A DNA stretch of 64,000 nucleotides from Actinomycetota bacterium. GTDB taxonomy: Bacteria; Actinomycetota; Acidimicrobiia; Acidimicrobiales; CAIXPF01. Made by a program: the position numbers and the translations under genes. Location: positions 1 to 64,000 of the forward strand of contig JAXHUH010000073.1 of the NCBI GenBank assembly GCA_034211175.1, written 5' to 3'. Numbering within the stretch: the first letter of the stretch is position 1; each line of letters opens with the position of its first letter. Of this stretch, positions 58,452 through 64,000 are shown in pieces. Under the pieces are notes generated by a model. The model ran no database searches. It was given only the letters and a program-made list of their open reading frames with translations, and was not told the origin of the DNA.

Positions 58452-59477
58452 GTGCGGCGGGTGCGTTCGTGGCTCGCCCCCATCGGCTCCGCCGCCCTGT
58501 TCGCGCTCGGCCTGCTCGTCGGCGCGCTCGCGGTCGAGATCGTCCCGGCCGGCACCGCGCCGGCGCCCGGTGAGGGCCTCGGGGCGGCGCTGGCGGACGA
58601 GATCGCCTACGAGCCCGGCCCACGCGACGCCAGTGTGTACGAGGGCCTGGGCACCTGGGTCGACGCGTTCGACTTCGCTCCCGCCTACTCGGGAGGCGAG
58701 CCGTCGGTGACGGTCGACGACCTCGAGGAGATGGCGGCCCTCGGCGTGCGGACGCTCTACCTCCAGGTGTCCCGCGACGACGACCGGGCCGAGGGGCTGA
58801 TCCTCGACACGGAGCTGGTCAGCCGGTTCCTGCTGCGGGCCCATCGCCACGGCATCGCCGTCGTCGGGTGGTACCTGCCGCGCTTCGGCGATGTCGGCCG
58901 CGACCTCGAGCACCTCGAGGCGGTCGACACCTTCGAGGTGGCGGGACACCGCTTCGACGGGGTCGGGATCGACATCGAGTGGACCGGCGATGTCGAGGAC
59001 CCGATCGAGCGGGGCGCCCGGCTCGTCGAGCTGACCGAGCGCTACGACGAGATCGCCACCGTGGACGCCATCGGCGGCATCGTCCTGCCGCCCGTGCTGC
59101 TCGAGGTGGTCAACGATCAGTTCTGGCCGTCGTTCCCGTGGGCCGAGCTGGAGCCGCTCATCGACGTGTGGCTGCCGATGAGCTACTGGACCGACCGGCG
59201 ATCGGACTCCGGCTACCGCGACGGGTTCACCTACAACGAAGAGAGCACGCGGCGGCTGCGGCGCAACGTCGGCAACCCCGACGCCGTCGTCCACGGCATC
59301 GGTGGGATCGGCGACGCAGTGGACGCCGCCCAGCTCGGCGACTTCGCCGAGTCCCTCGCCGCCACCGACTCGATCGGCGGGTCGATCTACGACTGGAACA
59401 CCCTCGACGACTCGGCCCGGCGGGCGTTGCGGGACCTGTTCGTGAGCGGCCCGGCCGCCGACCTGCCCTCGTCCTGA
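58452..59477 (+). CDS. hypothetical membrane-anchored protein, possibly glycoside-hydrolase-like TIM barrel (GHL/DUF4015-like)
   Basis: GTG start at 58452 assumed (MRRVRSWLAPIGSAALFALGLLVGALAV). Family assignment is weak. Confidence 0.55.
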   Translation: MRRVRSWLAPIGSAALFALGLLVGALAVEIVPAGTAPAPGEGLGAALADEIAYEPGPRDASVYEGLGTWVDAFDFAPAYSGGEPSVTVDDLEEMAALGVRTLYLQVSRDDDRAEGLILDTELVSRFLLRAHRHGIAVVGWYLPRFGDVGRDLEHLEAVDTFEVAGHRFDGVGIDIEWTGDVEDPIERGARLVELTERYDEIATVDAIGGIVLPPVLLEVVNDQFWPSFPWAELEPLIDVWLPMSYWTDRRSDSGYRDGFTYNEESTRRLRRNVGNPDAVVHGIGGIGDAVDAAQLGDFAESLAATDSIGGSIYDWNTLDDSARRALRDLFVSGPAADLPSS

Positions 59478-59512
59478 TCCGGCGCCGCCCGCCATGGCGG
59501 CGCCCGGGCGGC

Positions 59513-60553
59513 TCACGCCGCCTCGGCCGTCGGGGCGACGATGCGCTCGACGAGCGCACGACCGCCCGGGCCGACGCGCTCCCACAGCGCGGCGAGTGCC
59601 TCGGAGGCCGGTGCGTTCTCGGCGAGCACCCAGCGGGCGAACGACCCGGTGTCGAACCAGGCCGCGCCCCGTTGGTCCAGCCCGAGCCCGAGCCCGGCGC
59701 CCGGTTGGTGGCCGGTGCGGACCTCGTGGTGGAGACGCTCCCAGCTCGTCCCGCGCGTGGCCGCGCCGGTCTGGTCGTCCGCCGGTGGTGGCTGCGCGTC
59801 GCGGCGGGCGAGGGGGTGTCGGACGCGGACGTCGAGCTCGGTGAGGTTCGCCGGGAGCTCGTCGGCGAGCGCGTCCGCGGCCAGGCGGTCGAGCCAGAGG
59901 CTGCGCCAGAGCCGCTCGATCGGCTCGCCAGGTGGTGGGGTCGGCAGCGACAGCAACCGCCGGCACACGTCGAGCACGCGGCCCGTGGGCGCTTCGAGCG
60001 GCTCCGAGCCGTCCGCATCGCCGAGGGCGCACGCCACCCGCCCCCGACGGTCGACGAAGACCGCCAGCGTGCGCTCCGCCGGCGGGTCGCCCGGCGCGGC
60101 GGTGGTGGAGGCGGCGACGTGGACGCGGGCCGGGGCGAGCAGCCCGACCGCTGACCACGACGGTGGCGCCGTGGTCCCGATCACGGCGTCGGGCAGGACG
60201 GCACCGTCGGGTGGCGCCAGGAGCTCGATCCGGCAGTCGGTCGAGCCGGGAGGGCCCCCGGTGATCGCGACGAGCGTGGTGATCGGGCAGTCGCGTGCGA
60301 GACGGCGGGCGAGGGCGACCAGGGGTGCGGACACGGCGGGCCTCTCGACGAGGTGTGCGAGAGCGACCGGGTCGCCACCCCGCGAGCGCTGTGGCCATGG
60401 GTTGCCGGCCGATCGCCAACCGGCGCAGACCAGTCTGGCGCGCACCTGTGACAGTCGGGCCGGCCGCTGCGCGGCAGGCGCGAACGACCCGGGCGGGATC
60501 GACGACGCCGACGGTCCTCGACCGTCTCCGTGCCGCCGGAAGGGCGGCGTCAC
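59513..60553 (-). CDS. hypothetical protein (start uncertain)
   Basis: Long minus-strand ORF with protein-like acidic/Leu-rich composition in its 3' two-thirds (ERLWRSLWLDRLAADALADELPANLTELD). The N-terminal part is dubious. Confidence 0.4.
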   Translation of the reverse strand: MTPPFRRHGDGRGPSASSIPPGSFAPAAQRPARLSQVRARLVCAGWRSAGNPWPQRSRGGDPVALAHLVERPAVSAPLVALARRLARDCPITTLVAITGGPPGSTDCRIELLAPPDGAVLPDAVIGTTAPPSWSAVGLLAPARVHVAASTTAAPGDPPAERTLAVFVDRRGRVACALGDADGSEPLEAPTGRVLDVCRRLLSLPTPPPGEPIERLWRSLWLDRLAADALADELPANLTELDVRVRHPLARRDAQPPPADDQTGAATRGTSWERLHHEVRTGHQPGAGLGLGLDQRGAAWFDTGSFARWVLAENAPASEALAALWERVGPGGRALVERIVAPTAEAA

Positions 60554-60637
60554 CGGACCCGGGGCAACCGCCGTGGTCGCGCGGGGATCTGCGGTGTCAT
60601 CGACCGCGGCGCGGGCCGCGGCGTCTCGGGGGTGGGG

Positions 60638-60949
60638 TCAGCTCGCGGCGCGGTGGCGGTTCCCCCGGAGACCGATCGGCGCCTGGAGCGGATATCCCGC
60701 CCGCACGCGCTCCTCCTCGTTCTCCCCGCCCCAGACGCCGTACTCCCGGTGGTCGCGGCCGAACTCGCGGCACGGCTCGCTCACGGGGCACTCCTGGCAC
60801 AGCTTGCGTGCCTTGGCCTCTCGCCGGCTGCGGGCCTGTGGCCGCTCGGCGCTCGGGGGGAAGAACAGGTGGGTGTTGCCGCCACAGGCGGCTCGGGCAA
60901 TCCACTCCCGGTCAGCGGGCATCGGAGAAGCGGGTTGGCCCATCATCAC
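60638..60949 (-). CDS. whiB: WhiB-family (Wbl) Fe-S transcription factor, paralogue of the 53697 gene
   Basis: Four Cys (AACGG…LCQECPVSEPC). Shares HLFFPPxAERPQAR…EERVRAG…PIG with the other copy. Confidence 0.85.
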   Translation of the reverse strand: MMMGQPASPMPADREWIARAACGGNTHLFFPPSAERPQARSRREAKARKLCQECPVSEPCREFGRDHREYGVWGGENEEERVRAGYPLQAPIGLRGNRHRAAS

Positions 60950-61071
60950 CTCTCGCTACGAGACACTCCCGGGTGCACCCTGACCAGCGCACCCGGCCGA
61001 CGACATTAGTTACTAAACCACAAAAGGTGAAGGACTCCGATGAACCACCCGTTCGGCGATTCCGGTCTCGC

Positions 61072-61530
61072 GTGTCCGAGGTCACGACGGTGAGCCGGTC
61101 GGGCACCTGTGTCTTCTGCTCGATCGTGGCGGGCGACACCTTCGCGCACATCGTCGTCGACGACGAGCATGTCGTCGCGTTCCTCGACACCCGGCCGCTG
61201 TTCGTCGGGCACGTCCTCGTCGTGCCCCGGGCCCACCACGAGACCCTGGCCGACCTGCCGCCCGAGGCCGTGGACCCACTCTTCCGTCGGGTCCGGGCGC
61301 TGACTAGCGTGGTCACCTCAGCACTCGACGCGCGAGGGACCTTCGTGGCCATGAACAACACGGTCAGCCAGAGCGTTCCCCACCTGCACGTCCACGTCGT
61401 CCCCCGCCGCCCCAAGGACGGGCTGCGCGGCTTCTTCTGGCCGCGGACCTCCTACGACGACGACGCCCACGCCGCCGAGGTCGCCGGGAACCTGCGGGCT
61501 CGGTTCGGCGAGGTATGGCACGCTGAGTAG
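61072..61530 (+). CDS. HIT (histidine triad) family protein
   Basis: CVFCSI N-terminus and HxHxHVVP triad (VPHLHVHVVP). GTG 61072 or GTG 61090 as start. Confidence 0.8.
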   Translation: MSEVTTVSRSGTCVFCSIVAGDTFAHIVVDDEHVVAFLDTRPLFVGHVLVVPRAHHETLADLPPEAVDPLFRRVRALTSVVTSALDARGTFVAMNNTVSQSVPHLHVHVVPRRPKDGLRGFFWPRTSYDDDAHAAEVAGNLRARFGEVWHAE

Positions 61531-61615
61531 GTTCTTCCACACTCCCCGCGTTTCCATCGCTAGGATCGTCGGGGCGCGGGTCGTAGGTTGGAGACCGAGG
61601 GATGGGCGGTCGCTG

Positions 61616-62959
61616 ATGTCAGAACCGCCGCAGGTTGGGGTCCACCCAGCTCGTGGTATCGCTGCTCGGGACGCCGGGCGCCCGCCGTCCGGGCGGGCCG
61701 GTGGCCCGACGCAGGGGACCTCCGCCGGAGGGTCCGGCGGCGCGCCCCGCCAGACGCTCGGGCAGCGCCGCGCCCGGCGACGGGCACGCCGCCTCGCCGC
61801 CCGAGCCGAGTTCGGCGGCTCCGGGATCATCGTGGTCGACGACTCCCGCATCGTCGGCACCGGTCCCGCCGCGGTCACGCTCGTCGGCCTGGAGGCCCGC
61901 ACCGCCACCGACATCGTGGAGCTGGCGGTCCCCGAGGACGTGCCATCGCTGCTCGACGCGCTGCGCGGCACCGGCGGGGCGCACGGGCCCCACCTGTGGC
62001 GGCCGGCCGCCAAGCCCGACCGGTGGCTGATCAGCGCGGTCGTCGACGGCGTTCGCCGCAACACGGCCTGGCGGTTCATGACGGTCCACGACGCGACGGC
62101 CGAGTGGGTCGAGACGGCCCGCCTGCGCGAGGAGCTGCGCCGGGGTGAGGCGCTGGCCGACTTCGCCGCCCAGGCACTGCGCACCGCCGACGGCGCCACC
62201 CTGCGCGACCTGGCCACGACGTGCATCGAGAGCGTGCTCGGCGAGGACCGGTGCGTGATGCGCATCGGCACGGAGGTGCCGGCCGACCGGTCGATCGGGG
62301 TGCCGGTGCCGTGCGAGCTCGCGGCCCCCTGCCAGCTCGTGGTCTACGGGGCGTGCCATCGTCGGCCCGACGGCGACGACGTCGCGTTCGTGACCTCGGT
62401 CGCCGCCGCGCTGGCTCCGGCGCTGGACCGGGCCGCCGGCCAGGACGGCCACCTCGGCCCGCCCCGCGACGAGCTCACCGGTCTCGCCAGCCGACGCCTG
62501 CTCGACCGACGCCTCGCGGCCGCCCTCGGACCCGACGGGGCGGGCGCGGCCATCGTGTTCTGCGACCTCGACCGGTTCAAGGTGGTCAACGACCGCTTCG
62601 GCCACCGGGCCGGCGATCTGGTGCTCGTCGAGGTCGCCCGGCGCCTGCGGGGCGCGATCCGGCCGCTCGACACGGTCGCCCGCGTCGGCGGCGACGAGTT
62701 CTGCGTGCTGTGCCCGGCGGCGGCCGTCGAGGAGGCCGAGACCGTCTCCGAGCGCATCGTGGCCGCGCTCGAGCGGCCCGTGCTCCTGCCCGGCGGTCGC
62801 TGCGCCACGGTGTCGATGAGCGTCGGGTTCGCGCTCGCCGCGCCGGGGTCGGACCCCTCCGAGCTCCTCGACGCGGCCGACGGCGCCATGTACCGGTCGA
62901 AGCGCTCCGACGTGGAACCGATCTCGTACCTCGACTCGCCGTTCTCCGCCGCCGGCTGA
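61616..62959 (+). CDS. GGDEF-domain diguanylate cyclase with N-terminal sensory (PAS/GAF-like) region
   Basis: GGDEF core (RFGHRAGDLVLVEVARRL…ARVGGDEFCVL) in the C-terminal 170 aa. The true start is probably downstream of the Arg-rich first ~60 codons. Confidence 0.8.
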   Translation: MSEPPQVGVHPARGIAARDAGRPPSGRAGGPTQGTSAGGSGGAPRQTLGQRRARRRARRLAARAEFGGSGIIVVDDSRIVGTGPAAVTLVGLEARTATDIVELAVPEDVPSLLDALRGTGGAHGPHLWRPAAKPDRWLISAVVDGVRRNTAWRFMTVHDATAEWVETARLREELRRGEALADFAAQALRTADGATLRDLATTCIESVLGEDRCVMRIGTEVPADRSIGVPVPCELAAPCQLVVYGACHRRPDGDDVAFVTSVAAALAPALDRAAGQDGHLGPPRDELTGLASRRLLDRRLAAALGPDGAGAAIVFCDLDRFKVVNDRFGHRAGDLVLVEVARRLRGAIRPLDTVARVGGDEFCVLCPAAAVEEAETVSERIVAALERPVLLPGGRCATVSMSVGFALAAPGSDPSELLDAADGAMYRSKRSDVEPISYLDSPFSAAG

Positions 62960-62989
62960 GCCGGTCCCGGTCGACGGCCACCGTCGCGC

Positions 62990-63739
62990 TCAGGCCCGGA
63001 CCACCATCGCCAGGCCGAGGGCATCGACCGCGTCGGTGCCGGTGTCGTCGGTGCCGGTGAAGCGCTGCGCCACGCCGGCCACCACCCGCCGGGCGGTCCA
63101 CACCACCGCGCAGGCGTCGAGGACGTCGTCGGTCGCGGCGCCCCTCGGCGTCGGGCCGTCGAGCACCTCGTCGATGCCCGCGACGTGCTCGACCAGCAGC
63201 CGGCGGCGGTCCGCCCGCCCGGCCGCCGTGCGCTTCGGCTCGGCCAGCGGATGGCCGGCGAGGAGCGCGAACGACAGCTCGGGGCAGACCTCGACGACCC
63301 GCTCGGCGTCGACGCCCGGGGCCCGCACGGCCCGGTCGAGCGCCTCGATCGCCCCCAGCAGGTTGAACGACTGGCGCGACAGGCCGCGCCCGTCGTCGAG
63401 TCGCCGGGCCGTCGCCAGGGCGGTCTCGTAGTCGTCGATGCCGAGCAGTGGCCGGATCGGCGCGGGGAACACCGACGAGCGGCGGGGGCCGAGCGCCCGG
63501 CGCGCCGCCCGATCGCACGGACGCGGCCCGCGGTCGGTGAGCCCGATCGGCATGTCGACGCCGACGATGGCCAGCTCACCGGTGCGCACGCGCCCCACGA
63601 CGTCGCCGATGTCGGCGACGACCTCGACCGTCGCCGGCCGCCCGGTCCGCTCGGGGTCGGGATCCGCGTCGGCGGTGACGACCAGCCAGCCCCCTCGGCA
63701 GCCGTCGACACCGGCCACGCGGCGCCCGGCGGGGCTCAC
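62990..63739 (-). CDS. DUF429 domain protein (predicted RNase H-like fold)
   Basis: 249 aa. GVDGCRGGW N-terminus and DAxxA spacing typical of DUF429. Confidence 0.7.
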   Translation of the reverse strand: MSPAGRRVAGVDGCRGGWLVVTADADPDPERTGRPATVEVVADIGDVVGRVRTGELAIVGVDMPIGLTDRGPRPCDRAARRALGPRRSSVFPAPIRPLLGIDDYETALATARRLDDGRGLSRQSFNLLGAIEALDRAVRAPGVDAERVVEVCPELSFALLAGHPLAEPKRTAAGRADRRRLLVEHVAGIDEVLDGPTPRGAATDDVLDACAVVWTARRVVAGVAQRFTGTDDTGTDAVDALGLAMVVRA

Positions 63740-64000
63740 ACGTCGTCGATGAGCTTGAACGCCTCGCCCAGGGCCACGTCGGCCAGGGCGCCGTGCTCGG
63801 CGGCCTTGCGCTGCACCCGCGCCGCGAACTCGTCGCGCTGGCGTTGCGCCGCGCCCGGGTCGTCGCCGATCTCCATCGTCGTCTCGTACTGGCTCTCGTG
63901 GGCCAGCAGCGCCGCGACCTTGGCATCGACGTAGCCGTCGACGTCCTCGACGTGGTCGGGCTCGTCAGCCTCGAAGAGCATGATCGCCGAGGGCCGATGG
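63736..64000 (-). CDS. C-terminal part of a gene running off the window edge; weak resemblance to PIG-L/LmbE deacetylase C-terminus
   Basis: 81-aa visible portion (…LLAHESQYETTMEIGDDPGA…). Stop overlaps the DUF429 start (ATGA-type, 63736-63739). Partial. Confidence 0.45.
   Translation of the reverse strand, partial: HRPSAIMLFEADEPDHVEDVDGYVDAKVAALLAHESQYETTMEIGDDPGAAQRQRDEFAARVQRKAAEHGALADVALGEAFKLIDDV

Noticed and set aside
56754-60419. 1221-aa minus-strand ORF
   Set aside because: Spans several well-supported genes (ald, glutaminyl cyclase and others) in wrong frames. RRRP/GRG composition.
61616-61800. Arg-rich N-terminus of the GGDEF ORF as real coding sequence
   Set aside because: [13 protein letters not shown] composition suggests the true start is a downstream GTG/ATG. 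The ORF-track start was kept only as an upper bound.

Overview
The window is a high-GC (about 70%) stretch that reads as an actinobacterial chromosome. It is densely coding, with about 65 protein genes. I found no rRNA, tRNA, CRISPR array, IS element or phage module.

Recognisable core content:
- A pyruvate:ferredoxin oxidoreductase (PFOR, nifJ-type) that overlaps a dihydroorotate-dehydrogenase-like flavoprotein.
- A co-directional run of xenobiotic-type enzymes (quinone oxidoreductase, O-methyltransferase, amidohydrolase, DhaA-type haloalkane dehalogenase), followed by an NfeD/flotillin pair.
- Signalling genes: an FHA-domain adenylate cyclase, a GGDEF protein and two WhiB paralogues.
- Transporters: one MFS and one MMPL.
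- Housekeeping operons: mutA-mutB-meaB (methylmalonyl-CoA mutase), E2-E3 (lpdA) of a 2-oxoacid dehydrogenase, lysS, ald and dus.
- Many TetR and MarR regulators with clear operator palindromes.

Most unusual region: a minus-strand four-gene cluster at 31.3-35.6 kb, built from two ATGA-overlapped (translationally coupled) pairs.
- First pair: a MerR-family regulator with a Cys-rich second domain, then a 78-aa two-helix membrane protein with a MerT/MerF-like vicinal-Cys helix.
- Second pair: a Cys-free MerR-family protein, then an 843-aa VIT + von Willebrand A (MIDAS-intact) protein.
- A 23-bp dyad sits 8 nt upstream of the second MerR gene.
- Just upstream lies a decayed ynfA-like pseudogene.

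Other oddities:
- Three perfect 27-bp tandem repeats starting in the MMPL stop codon.
- A 16/16 perfect inverted repeat in the MarR/DUF1772 intergenic region.
- A solitary Toprim-like (OLD/AriB-type) protein.
- A PD-(D/E)XK-like protein with a wHTH tail.
- A truncated DHFR-family relic.

All calls rest on reading the translated ORFs and the raw sequence. No database search was run.
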